From Candidatus Latescibacterota bacterium (GTDB lineage: Bacteria > Latescibacterota > UBA2968), in assembly GCA_038279365.1 (NCBI GenBank), contig JAYODI010000035.1:9895-34600 (forward strand): 24,706 nt of DNA, written 5' to 3'. Shown here piece by piece: positions 1-8,649 of the stretch. The notes below the pieces were generated by a model. It searched no databases, was not told where the DNA came from, and worked only from the letters and a program-made list of their open reading frames with translations. Positions within the stretch are counted from its first letter, which is position 1. Each line of letters opens with the position of its first letter. Both the position numbers and the translations under genes were made by a program.

Positions 1-17
1 GACCTGAGACTTATAAT

Positions 18-1943
18 TTAAATCCCATACAACCGATGTCCTTCACCAGGAAACCAAATCACATCAATAATAAACGACACACCCATCCCTGCAAAACCAC
101 CCAAAATTATTCCCAAGAAAAATGGTCTGGCCTTATTGTAAAAACCGATACCACCTATTTTTACAACCAAAATACGCCCCAACCAACCCAAGAAAATAGA
201 AAAGAAAAACATCTGTGATGCATAGGTTGATGACACAGGCAAACCAATGGGGTTCAAAGGCCACCACGAAAACCGATACCGCAAAAATGTCAGCCCTCCC
301 ATCACCGCAGAACCAATGCCCATAAACAACACCCGCCCCCAATCAGTAGGAACAGGGTTTGCCAATTTACTCATCATGGTATCAAATGGCACCGTAGCAC
401 CGCGCCGAAAGATCCACCATCCAAAGTTGTATGCGCCTTCTTGATAACACAATAACAAAATGTACCAAATCGAAACGCCCATCGCCACAATGGCCGACAA
501 CACAATCGCGCCAGTAATCGTCCCACGGGAAAACCGCGTCTCTACAGACAAGCGCCCACCGTGAGCAACCGACGCCATAAAAAACCCCTTCAATTCGTGT
601 TGCCAACAATAAGACAGCGCCAACGCCGTTAACCCTTGAGGTGAAATAGACGCAGCTCCCAAAGTATGTACAGCAAAAGACTGGGCCACAATAGGCCCAC
701 GCACAAAAACCAACCCGCCCTCCATCACAATGCGCGTAATCCCTAAATACAACACAAACACAGCAAACAAAAAAGGTACCACCGTCAAAACATCCATCCC
801 CGACATCAGCAACCAACACACCAGATAGACCAAGCTCAAAAAAAGCGTGACAACTGCCCCCCGATAAGACAACATCTCGCCCGAATCTTCTACCTCCACA
901 TCCCTATCAAATGCCTTTCGAAACACATCGCGCAAATGGTCGCGTGCCATCCACATTCCCCACACCACCATAAATGCAAGCGCCCCAAAACCCATCCACC
1001 CCTGAGTCGCATGTGATGATCCATAAATATCGCCCGAACCAATCGTAAACCCAATACGATTGAAAATGCCAATTTGCACATTCGACAACAAATGAAAAAA
1101 CCAAATGCTAAATGACACATCCGCATGGATTAAAAATGTGAAACCCACTACGGGAAATGAAATCATGGCATTGATATTTGGAAACTGCCGCGCAATGGGA
1201 ATCCACCGCGCACCAATCGGTATTTCTGGCACATAGGGATAAAAATAATGGATCGCATTCCACATCAAAATGAGAAATGCCAACAAAAAACCGATCCAAA
1301 ATGCCCGAACTTGCATAAAACCCGGAAAGCCACCCGTCTCTTCGGATGCATCCATCATATCTAAGGGCACCTGCGCCAAAGGATAAGACAACCGTTCTCG
1401 TTCAACCCACTGCTTGCGCATCATGACCATCAGGGCATAACTGGCCGCAAAAATGGCAGCAATCAACCCCAACCACCAAAACAATGGCTCTACCCACACC
1501 CCCCACGGAATCGGCTCACCATCTGGCAAACCATTGAAAAAACCATTTAACGCCCCAAGGTCTGTAGGCACCAACCACGGAGGAATGTGAGGATGCAACA
1601 ACTCTGCCCACCGATTTTCGGCTGTGGCATAATAAAACGGGGCAGCCGTCACAGACAGCAAATACCCCGTTACGCCCCATGTTGGAATGGCAGCCCCCAC
1701 CAAAGCCATCACCAAAATGAGAATCAACTCCTCCCGCACCAGTGCAATCCGAGGAAAGAATCGGATCAATACACCATTCAACAACACCAACAAAAAAAAT
1801 GGAAAAATCACGCCCAAAGGCAAATATCCCGACGTCATGGCCGACGAACGGATAACCCACAAAGCATAAGGCCCAGCCAAATTGACAAACACCACAAAGA
1901 CCAGACCGATCAGTATCGCACGCCAGGTTTTTGGTTTATTCAT
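18..1943 (-). CDS. DUF6785/DUF6784-type polytopic membrane protein (putative transporter), ~641 aa
   Basis: Many hydrophobic segments; motifs recalled from this family (EELILI, WVERERLSYPLAQVP, WWPLNPIG, GGIGFYNKARPFFLGIILG). Start moved to ATG 1943 (MNKPK) because the ORF extension overlaps the upstream gene. Confidence 0.75.
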   Translation of the reverse strand: MNKPKTWRAILIGLVFVVFVNLAGPYALWVIRSSAMTSGYLPLGVIFPFFLLVLLNGVLIRFFPRIALVREELILILVMALVGAAIPTWGVTGYLLSVTAAPFYYATAENRWAELLHPHIPPWLVPTDLGALNGFFNGLPDGEPIPWGVWVEPLFWWLGLIAAIFAASYALMVMMRKQWVERERLSYPLAQVPLDMMDASEETGGFPGFMQVRAFWIGFLLAFLILMWNAIHYFYPYVPEIPIGARWIPIARQFPNINAMISFPVVGFTFLIHADVSFSIWFFHLLSNVQIGIFNRIGFTIGSGDIYGSSHATQGWMGFGALAFMVVWGMWMARDHLRDVFRKAFDRDVEVEDSGEMLSYRGAVVTLFLSLVYLVCWLLMSGMDVLTVVPFLFAVFVLYLGITRIVMEGGLVFVRGPIVAQSFAVHTLGAASISPQGLTALALSYCWQHELKGFFMASVAHGGRLSVETRFSRGTITGAIVLSAIVAMGVSIWYILLLCYQEGAYNFGWWIFRRGATVPFDTMMSKLANPVPTDWGRVLFMGIGSAVMGGLTFLRYRFSWWPLNPIGLPVSSTYASQMFFFSIFLGWLGRILVVKIGGIGFYNKARPFFLGIILGGFAGMGVSFIIDVIWFPGEGHRLYGI

Positions 1944-1960
1944 ATAGCCAACAGCTTTCT

Positions 1961-2932
1961 TCAAATTTTCGTAACCGCTGTGCCAATTCCCGTTTTTCCA
2001 TATCCATTTCCACAATAAAACAGACGCAACTGTTTTCCCTCTTGAATCACGCAAGGGTATTCCACCATTTGTGATTCCCACGCGCAATCTGCCTGCGGTG
2101 CCAAGGTAATATTCTCCCCTTCATTTCCCCGATCCCACACATACCCGTCTTCACTCACCGCTTCAGAAAGCGAATAAAATCCCCAGCGCGTACCAATACC
2201 ACAATACAACATGCGATACAGATCACCCTCTCGCCAAACAAAAGGCGCAGCCACAGCCACATCTTCATTGGCAATCTCTTTGCGCGGGCTCATGATTAAC
2301 CGATGGTTCGTCCAATGAATCCCATCATCGCTATGACAAACCGCACAATGCTTTTCTTGATCGATATGCACATCATCACTCTTGGTGCCCACAGCCACCG
2401 TATAATACATCCGATAACACACAGAACCATCGACTTGTACATCTTCCAAAATACTGCCACCACCCGCCACACCACGGTTGTTGGGAAACTCCGCCGTCTG
2501 ATTGCCTGTAATCACTGGCTCATTACGATATCGTTCAAAATGAATCCCATCATCACTCACCGCCAACCCAATGCCAGGAAAAGATTGTAACCCCAAATCA
2601 GATCCCTCATGTCCAGAATAATACATAAACCACTTATCGCCAAACTGCTTTACACAAGGCAACACACACCACTTCGCATCAAACGCACCTGGTGCACCCA
2701 AATCCAAAACAACCCCGTGTCGCTTAAATTCCGTTGGCCTATCCACAGAAGCAATGGCCAAACAGATACGCTGCCGTCCTTCCAGATCACCGCCCGAATA
2801 ATACAAACGATATGCGTCTCCCACACGCACAACAAAAGGATTCATACATCGTGTGCTGTCATATTCAGACTGTTTGTGAGGTGGAAAAATTGGATTGTTC
2901 GGATTTCTGACCCACTCAAAATTTGCAAACAT
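1961..2932 (-). CDS. Five-bladed beta-propeller glycoside hydrolase-like protein (GH32/43/130-like), no signal peptide
   Basis: Repeated blade motifs (NPNNPIF, NPFVV..YRLYYSG, IGLAVSDDGIHF, SDDGIHW, AVSEDGYVW, EYPCVI). Start 2932 (after GGGG) or 2944. Confidence 0.7.
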   Translation of the reverse strand: MFANFEWVRNPNNPIFPPHKQSEYDSTRCMNPFVVRVGDAYRLYYSGGDLEGRQRICLAIASVDRPTEFKRHGVVLDLGAPGAFDAKWCVLPCVKQFGDKWFMYYSGHEGSDLGLQSFPGIGLAVSDDGIHFERYRNEPVITGNQTAEFPNNRGVAGGGSILEDVQVDGSVCYRMYYTVAVGTKSDDVHIDQEKHCAVCHSDDGIHWTNHRLIMSPRKEIANEDVAVAAPFVWREGDLYRMLYCGIGTRWGFYSLSEAVSEDGYVWDRGNEGENITLAPQADCAWESQMVEYPCVIQEGKQLRLFYCGNGYGKTGIGTAVTKI

Positions 2933-2950
2933 CAAATACCCCATCTCATA

Positions 2951-3289
2951 TTAATGCAATGCACGACCACATCCATGAAATGATTGCCCATCAAGTACAA
3001 CCATTACCGTTGACCCGAACTGTTCCCCACTCATTGTATCTTCACACGGCTCGCCTAAAATGGTTACCGTCAACTCATGGGCTTCTGTTTTTGACTGATA
3101 AATGGCCGTTTGATCATCGGCATGCACCTCTAATTTCGGCTCTGGCATGATTACTTTCTGCTGACCATTGTCATATACAAACAAAATATGGTCTTCCTTT
3201 GTCAGTTCCAAATACCACCCAGGCTCATTGCCAATGGCACGGAAATCAACACCACGTAATTTTGAATCTTCCCAAATAGACTTTCGCAC
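2951..3289 (-). CDS. COG3650-like domain protein, probably 5'-truncated or frameshifted
   Basis: FRAIGNEPGW, CEDTMSGE and GCG motifs. GTG start has an in-frame TGA two codons upstream; the RBS-backed ATG at 3308 is in another frame. Confidence 0.6.
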   Translation of the reverse strand: MRKSIWEDSKLRGVDFRAIGNEPGWYLELTKEDHILFVYDNGQQKVIMPEPKLEVHADDQTAIYQSKTEAHELTVTILGEPCEDTMSGEQFGSTVMVVLDGQSFHGCGRALH

Positions 3290-3321
3290 ATTTCAGAAAG
3301 CGCAACATCAAAAATCTCCTG

Positions 3322-3663
3322 CTAAGATCGAAAAATAAAATACACCGCGCCCAACAAACAAAACCCCGCCCACACAAAATCCATCTTAAAAGGTTGTTTC
3401 ATATACAAAATGGCAAAAGGCACAAACACCAACAGCGTGATCACTTCTTGCATTATCTTCAACTGTGATAAATTCAGCACCGTAAATCCCATGCGATTGG
3501 CAGGTACTTGAAGCAAATATTCAAATAATGCAATTCCCCAGCTCACAAAAACAGCCATCAACCACGGCTTGTGATTGAGGTTTTTTAAATGAGCATACCA
3601 AGCAAATGTCATAAACACATTTGAGCAAACCAGCAAAAAAGCCGTTGTCAAAACCACTTTCAT
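3322..3663 (-). CDS. Small DMT-superfamily membrane protein (DUF486/DMT_6-like), 113 aa
   Basis: SNVFMTFAWYAHLK, SWGIALFEYLLQVPANR, QLKIMQEVITL; four hydrophobic helices; GGAG upstream. Confidence 0.88.
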   Translation of the reverse strand: MKVVLTTAFLLVCSNVFMTFAWYAHLKNLNHKPWLMAVFVSWGIALFEYLLQVPANRMGFTVLNLSQLKIMQEVITLLVFVPFAILYMKQPFKMDFVWAGFCLLGAVYFIFRS

Positions 3664-3683
3664 CGCCGTTCATTCTCCATGTA

Positions 3684-3717
3684 AAAAGGCCGACCCTTTT
3701 AAAAAGGTCGACCTTTT
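3684..3717 (-). terminator. Palindromic hairpin, probable intrinsic terminator after mtaB (REP-like)
   Basis: 34-bp inverted repeat, 15/17 complementary; both mismatches are G-U pairs on the minus-strand RNA; ends in a U5 run. Confidence 0.55.
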
Positions 3718-3737
3718 GAAAAATACCACAAAATGGA

Positions 3738-5111
3738 TTACCCCAACTCAACCTGTAACAAATCAGATGGTTGATGAGCCACATCATCAAACCCTTCTGC
3801 AACAATCTGCCCCATCACCTCGCCATCTTCCACACAATCTAACCTTACATCCACAACCTGATCACAAGCTGCATCGGGGCCAGGTGCCATCACCCGAATA
3901 TAGTTATCGGTTAACCCATTCAACAACCCATTGCCACGTCGTCCTTCAAACAAAACAGGAAGTGTTTGCCCCAAAAACCGTTTTTGAAATGCTGATACTT
4001 TTTCTTCGCCCAACGCGCGCAAAGCCGATCCGCGTTGTTTCTTCACCTGCGCATCCACCTGATCGGGCATACGCGCCGCCGGTGTTTTTCCCCTTGGTGA
4101 ATACGGAAACACATGCAAATAGGTCATTGGATGATGAGCAATCAAATCATACGTGTTTTGAAATGCGGCATCAGACTCACCCGGAAAACCCACCATCACA
4201 TCGCCCCCAATACCAATGTTGGGAATCTGACTGGCCAGCTTTTCAATCAAATCAATATACTGCGTGCGGGTATAAGGCCGTCGCATCGCTTTCAAAATAC
4301 CATCGTCGCCACTTTGTAAGGGCACATGCAAATGTCGGCAGAACTTCTTACTCGACGCAAAAAAGTCAATCATTGCATCACTCACAAATGTGGCCTCTAT
4401 CGAACTCACCCGAAACCGCTGTAACCCCGCTATCTGCTCAATCGCTTCAAGCACATCCAATAAATTTGTGTGCTCCAAATCCACACCGTAATCACCCAAG
4501 TGCACGCCAGTGAGTACCACCTCTCCATACCCTGCATCGACCAACTTTTTCACTTGGGTAACCGTGCTGTCTACAGTACGGCTGCGGCTGCGCCCTCGCG
4601 CAAAAGGAATAATGCAAAACGAACAAAACTCATTACACCCTTCCTGCATCTTCACAAATGCTCGTGCGCGACTGCCAAAATTATAAATATCCATATCTTC
4701 AAAATCTTTGGCACGGCTGCGCGTCACAAATGTACGCCCCATAGAACACGTATCGTTCAACAAATCCATCAACTGCGTCTTTTCGGCGTTGCCCACCACC
4801 AAATCCACTTCGGGCATTTCGGCCAAGGCATCGGGGTCCGTTTGCGCATAACACCCCACGGCCACCACAGTACCTTCGGGCGACACACGATGCGCTTTGC
4901 GCAACGCTTGGCGAGATTGTGCATCTCCTTGCCCAGTGACTGTGCACGTATTCACCACCGTCACATCTGCCATTTCACCAAACGGCACTTCACAATAGCC
5001 CTGTTGGGCAAATTGCTCGCCATACCATTGTGTATCATATGTGTTCATCTTACACCCAAGGGTATAAAATGCGACAGTTTTTGTGCGTTCTTCAGACATA
5101 TCGTTTGCCAT
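3738..5111 (-). CDS. mtaB: tRNA t6A37 methylthiotransferase MtaB
   Basis: UPF0004 Cys motifs (TLGCKMN, NTCTVT, GCYAQ), radical-SAM CNEFCSFC, HVFPYSPRGKTPA and a C-terminal TRAM-like region. Alternative start 5099. Confidence 0.9.
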   Translation of the reverse strand: MANDMSEERTKTVAFYTLGCKMNTYDTQWYGEQFAQQGYCEVPFGEMADVTVVNTCTVTGQGDAQSRQALRKAHRVSPEGTVVAVGCYAQTDPDALAEMPEVDLVVGNAEKTQLMDLLNDTCSMGRTFVTRSRAKDFEDMDIYNFGSRARAFVKMQEGCNEFCSFCIIPFARGRSRSRTVDSTVTQVKKLVDAGYGEVVLTGVHLGDYGVDLEHTNLLDVLEAIEQIAGLQRFRVSSIEATFVSDAMIDFFASSKKFCRHLHVPLQSGDDGILKAMRRPYTRTQYIDLIEKLASQIPNIGIGGDVMVGFPGESDAAFQNTYDLIAHHPMTYLHVFPYSPRGKTPAARMPDQVDAQVKKQRGSALRALGEEKVSAFQKRFLGQTLPVLFEGRRGNGLLNGLTDNYIRVMAPGPDAACDQVVDVRLDCVEDGEVMGQIVAEGFDDVAHQPSDLLQVELG

Positions 5112-5132
5112 ATCTCGCAGGAATTAAAAATC

Positions 5133-5213
5133 GGTCTCAAGTCAACAGGTCGTAAGTCACAAGTTCCATCATGCCCACAGACTTGTGACTTGTCAACCTT
5201 CGACCTGCAGACC
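5133..5213. repeat. Heptamer-unit inverted repeat element 1 (units ~ACAAGTC / GACTTGT)
   Basis: Perfect inner 11-bp arms AAGTCACAAGT (5154-5164) and ACTTGTGACTT (5181-5191), 16-nt loop, degenerate 7-8 nt units extending outwards to GGTCT/AGACC. Confidence 0.75.
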
Positions 5214-5226
5214 ATTGCATCAAACA

Positions 5227-5263
5227 GCAAAAGCGTTGGAACGAAAGGCCCCAACGCTTTTGC
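5227..5263 (-). terminator. Intrinsic terminator of rpsA
   Basis: Perfect 13-bp stem GCAAAAGCGTTGG/CCAACGCTTTTGC 24 nt after the rpsA stop, U-rich on the minus strand. Confidence 0.8.
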
Positions 5264-5287
5264 AATACTATCGCTAAAGGCCTAAAA

Positions 5288-7111
5288 CTAAGCCTCTACT
5301 TTTTCTTCAGCTTCACTGCCTTCGGCATCTTCAGAAGCTTCAACAGCCGAAGCACCATCTTCAGAAGCACCCGCAGCAGCGGCAGCTTCACGTGCTTCAG
5401 CGGCACCTTCTCTGGGTTGGTGTGCTTCCACAAAGGCAGTCACTTCTTCTTCTGGTGCATCGCGCAAATATTCACGTACGCTCAACACAATTTTCTTTTG
5501 TTCTTCGTCAAACTCAACCACCTTCAATGGCAATGGATCACCTTCTTCAAAACAATCTTCAGGGTGTTCCACTTCGTCAATGCTCAACTGCGATGCAGGT
5601 ACGAAACCTTCAACATCACCGTCCAAATCGACCACCACGCCACGCTCGAGCAAACGCGACACCTTGCCATTTGCCGGGTTGCCCACAGCATAAGTCACGG
5701 CCAACTCGGCCCAAGGGTTTTCAATGGTTTGTTTGTGACCAAGCGAAATGCGGCGACGTTCTTTGTCAATATTGAGCACCACCACTTCAAGCTCTTGGCC
5801 CTTTTTCACCACTTCATTGGGATGACGAATGCGCTTGGTCCAAGACATGTCTGAAATATGAACCAAACCATCAATACCATCTTCAATTTCAACAAAAGCA
5901 CCAAAGTTGGTCAAATTGCGCACCGTACCCATCAAGCGTGTGCCAGAAGGATATTTGGCATCCAAATCAGACCAAGGATCGGCTTGCACTTGCTTGAGAC
6001 CCAAAGATATCTTTTGTTCGTCTTTGTCGATATTGAGGATCATCACCTCAACTTCATCACCAATAGAAACCACTTTGGAGGGGTGACGGATATGCTGTGT
6101 CCAAGACATCTCAGAAATATGCACCAAACCTTCAACACCTTGCTCCAACTCAACAAAGGCACCATAATCGGTAATGCTGACCACTTTGCCAATGACCTTG
6201 TGATCCACAGGATATTTGCCTTCGATGTCTTCCCAAGGATGGGCTTGCAATTGTTTCATGCCCAACGAAATGCGCTCGCGCTCTTCGTCGTAATTGAGCA
6301 CTTTAACTTCAACTTCATCGCCAATGGACAAAACGTCTGATGGGTGGCCAACACGCCCCCATGCAATATCGGTAATGTGCAACAAACCATCTAAGCCACC
6401 CAAGTCAATAAACGCACCAAAGTCGGTGATGTTTTTGACGGTGCCTTGACGCACTTGGCCCACTTCCAAAGTTTGCAAAATTTCTTTGCGCAAACGTTCG
6501 CGTTCTTGCTCCAACACCACACGGCGTGAAACAACAATATTGCGACGGTTCTTGTTTAACTTGATAATGCGGAATGGGAAAACATCGCCAATAAATTGAT
6601 CGAAGTTTTTGACCTGCTTGATATCAATTTGGGAACCTGGTAAAAAGGCATCCACGCCAAACAAATCAACCACAATACCGCCCTTAATGCGACGCACCAA
6701 ACGACCTTCAACAATTTGATCGTTGTCATAGGCTTCTTTGATGCGATCCCAAACGCGCATAAAGTCGGCTTTGGTCTTTGAAAGAACAACTTGACCTTCT
6801 TGGTCTTCAACACTTTCTAAAAAGACTTCAACCTCATCACCTACTTCAATGGTGGGAGGGTCACCAAACTCAGAAATTGGAATCGAGCCTTCCGATTTAA
6901 AACCAATGTCCACCACCACAGTACCATCGTGAATGGCCAACACAGTGCCCGCAACAATTTCACCCTGTTCAATGGTCTCTAATGTACCTTCATAGAGATC
7001 CATCATTTCATTAAAATCGTTTTCGCTGTACTCGCTCTCATCAAGCACGCGCAGCGCTTCTTCAGGGCTTAAATTGGATGTTGTATCAATAACTTTAGGT
7101 TCTTCTGCCAT
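5288..7111 (-). CDS. rpsA: 30S ribosomal protein S1
   Basis: Six S1 repeats (AFLPGSQ, FGAFIDLGGLDGLLHITD, YGAFVELEQGVEGLVHISEMSW, FGAFVEIEDGIDGLVHISDMSW); GGAGG RBS; acidic Ala/Glu tail. Confidence 0.98.
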   Translation of the reverse strand: MAEEPKVIDTTSNLSPEEALRVLDESEYSENDFNEMMDLYEGTLETIEQGEIVAGTVLAIHDGTVVVDIGFKSEGSIPISEFGDPPTIEVGDEVEVFLESVEDQEGQVVLSKTKADFMRVWDRIKEAYDNDQIVEGRLVRRIKGGIVVDLFGVDAFLPGSQIDIKQVKNFDQFIGDVFPFRIIKLNKNRRNIVVSRRVVLEQERERLRKEILQTLEVGQVRQGTVKNITDFGAFIDLGGLDGLLHITDIAWGRVGHPSDVLSIGDEVEVKVLNYDEERERISLGMKQLQAHPWEDIEGKYPVDHKVIGKVVSITDYGAFVELEQGVEGLVHISEMSWTQHIRHPSKVVSIGDEVEVMILNIDKDEQKISLGLKQVQADPWSDLDAKYPSGTRLMGTVRNLTNFGAFVEIEDGIDGLVHISDMSWTKRIRHPNEVVKKGQELEVVVLNIDKERRRISLGHKQTIENPWAELAVTYAVGNPANGKVSRLLERGVVVDLDGDVEGFVPASQLSIDEVEHPEDCFEEGDPLPLKVVEFDEEQKKIVLSVREYLRDAPEEEVTAFVEAHQPREGAAEAREAAAAAGASEDGASAVEASEDAEGSEAEEKVEA

Positions 7112-7244
7112 GCGTTATGCATCCTCCACGACCGTGCCCAAAACACGGGATCATGAAAAAAAACGAACCCCCAAGGGCTCGTTACAAAATGGTTTCAAAC
7201 TTTAAAACCATTAGGATTGGGGAGTTTATGCCGACGCCAATGAA
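7112..7244 (-). promoter_or_regulatory. Structured rpsA leader (three predicted hairpins, one terminator-like)
   Basis: AATGGTTT/AAACCATT (7188-7212); AACGAGCCC-UUGG-GGGUUCGUU followed by a U-run (7156-7183); CAUGAUCCCGUG...CACGGUCGUG abutting the GGAGG SD. Confidence 0.5.
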
Positions 7245-7895
7245 TTAATTGCGCAAAATGCGCTCTGCAGGGGCAACCGCGCCAGCTTTCCGTTGCGCCT
7301 GACCAATTTTACCAATTTGTAACATCACCTCTTTGCTAATAAAATCATAAACATCTTTGCGACGCTCAGGCAATGCATAAGTGCCAAACCGAATCGGAGG
7401 CCCAAAACACACCGTCAGTCGATCCAACCCCAACAGCGTCTTCCAAATACGGGTCGTCCCTGATATATATGCAGGTAAAACAGGCACTTGCGTTCGGTGA
7501 ACCAACATGCCAATGCCAGGTCTTGGTTTTAAGAATCCAGGCTTTTTGTTGCGTGTGCCTTCTGGAAATATCAGCACAGGACGCCCTGCACGCAGCAACT
7601 GGGTCCAAGTCATAATGGCACTGCGGTCACCGCGACTGCGATCTACGGGCATTGCATTCAAATTTCGAATGAGCCACCCCAAACCAGGTATCGCAAAGAG
7701 CTCAGCCTTAGCAAGATACCAAAGTTCGCGTCCTGCCGCAACCCCAATGATCACGGGATCCACGTAAGAACAGTGGTTAATGGCCACCACAAACCCGCCT
7801 TGTTGGGGGATATTGTGACGCCCTTCAACCTTGACACGAAAAATTACAGCGGCAACTGCATAAGCCAGCCACCAGATAAACCGATAAAAAGTCAT
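7245..7895 (-). CDS. plsC: 1-acyl-sn-glycerol-3-phosphate acyltransferase
   Basis: NHCSYVDP (HX4D), LAKAELF and IFPEGTR motifs; usual cmk-plsC-rpsA context. Start set at ATG 7895. Confidence 0.9.
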   Translation of the reverse strand: MTFYRFIWWLAYAVAAVIFRVKVEGRHNIPQQGGFVVAINHCSYVDPVIIGVAAGRELWYLAKAELFAIPGLGWLIRNLNAMPVDRSRGDRSAIMTWTQLLRAGRPVLIFPEGTRNKKPGFLKPRPGIGMLVHRTQVPVLPAYISGTTRIWKTLLGLDRLTVCFGPPIRFGTYALPERRKDVYDFISKEVMLQIGKIGQAQRKAGAVAPAERILRN

Positions 7896-7942
7896 AGGGT
7901 TACGCCATTTTCCACAGGTTAATCCATTTGGCAATTGCCATC

Positions 7943-8632
7943 CTACACATCAGACTGCATCCATTTTTGTGCCAATTCAACAACTTTGGCCACTTGCTCA
8001 TCCACTGACAAGCCTGTTGTGTCAAGCAAAACGGCATCTTCCGAAGGCCATGAACCAAACCGAAGCTGTGTTTGGCGATCTCGCTCATCTCGCTCTCTAA
8101 TCTGGTCTTCCAAGACAGCCAGGTCGGCCACATCGCCTTTTAGTGCCATCTCTTTTTGCCTGCGTTGGGCACGTTCGGCCACATCGGCTACCAAAAACAC
8201 TTTCAACTCGGCATCTGGAAAAATAGCAGTGCCTGTATCACGGCCCTCCAAAACAATACCGCCATCTTGTCCAATGGCCCGTTGCGTAGCCACCAAAACA
8301 TCGCGAACGCCTTGATGCACTGCCACCCGCGAAGCCGCATCTGAAACTTCGGGCGTGCGAATAAGACCTGACACATCTTCACCATTTAAAAACGTTTTTG
8401 CCCCTGTGCCATCGGCTTTTTGATCAATGACCAACGATTGAGCCAATGCACAAACTGCCTGAGCATCATCGGCCAAAACCCCCGATCGAACCACGGCCAA
8501 TCCCACGGCTCGATACATAGCCCCCGTGTCCAAATACAAATAATCTAACGATTTGGCCACCCATTTCGCAGTTGTACTCTTACCAGCCCCCGCAGGGCCA
8601 TCAATGGCCACAACAATTCCATTTTTTCGCAT
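7943..8632 (-). CDS. cmk: Cytidylate kinase
   Basis: AIDGPAGAGKST P-loop, YLDTGAMYRA, LEGRDTGT; start ATG 8632. Confidence 0.96.
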   Translation of the reverse strand: MRKNGIVVAIDGPAGAGKSTTAKWVAKSLDYLYLDTGAMYRAVGLAVVRSGVLADDAQAVCALAQSLVIDQKADGTGAKTFLNGEDVSGLIRTPEVSDAASRVAVHQGVRDVLVATQRAIGQDGGIVLEGRDTGTAIFPDAELKVFLVADVAERAQRRQKEMALKGDVADLAVLEDQIRERDERDRQTQLRFGSWPSEDAVLLDTTGLSVDEQVAKVVELAQKWMQSDV

Positions 8633-8649
8633 ATGTAACTTTTCTGAAG

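Noticed and set aside
1944..2087. Upstream ORF extensions of the DUF6785-type gene (likewise cmk, scpB, rluB, bioB)
   Set aside because: They overlap neighbouring genes or intergenic structure; internal ATGs fit family N-termini better.
3716..5285. Long plus-strand ORFs (265 aa and 271 aa)
   Set aside because: Antisense shadows of mtaB with no recognisable motifs.
5326..5368. 13-bp direct repeat CATCTTCAGAAGC at 30-nt spacing
   Set aside because: Encodes the repeated ASED motif in the low-complexity S1 tail.
5392..6340. Plus-strand ORFs within rpsA
   Set aside because: Antisense shadows of a strongly codon-biased gene.
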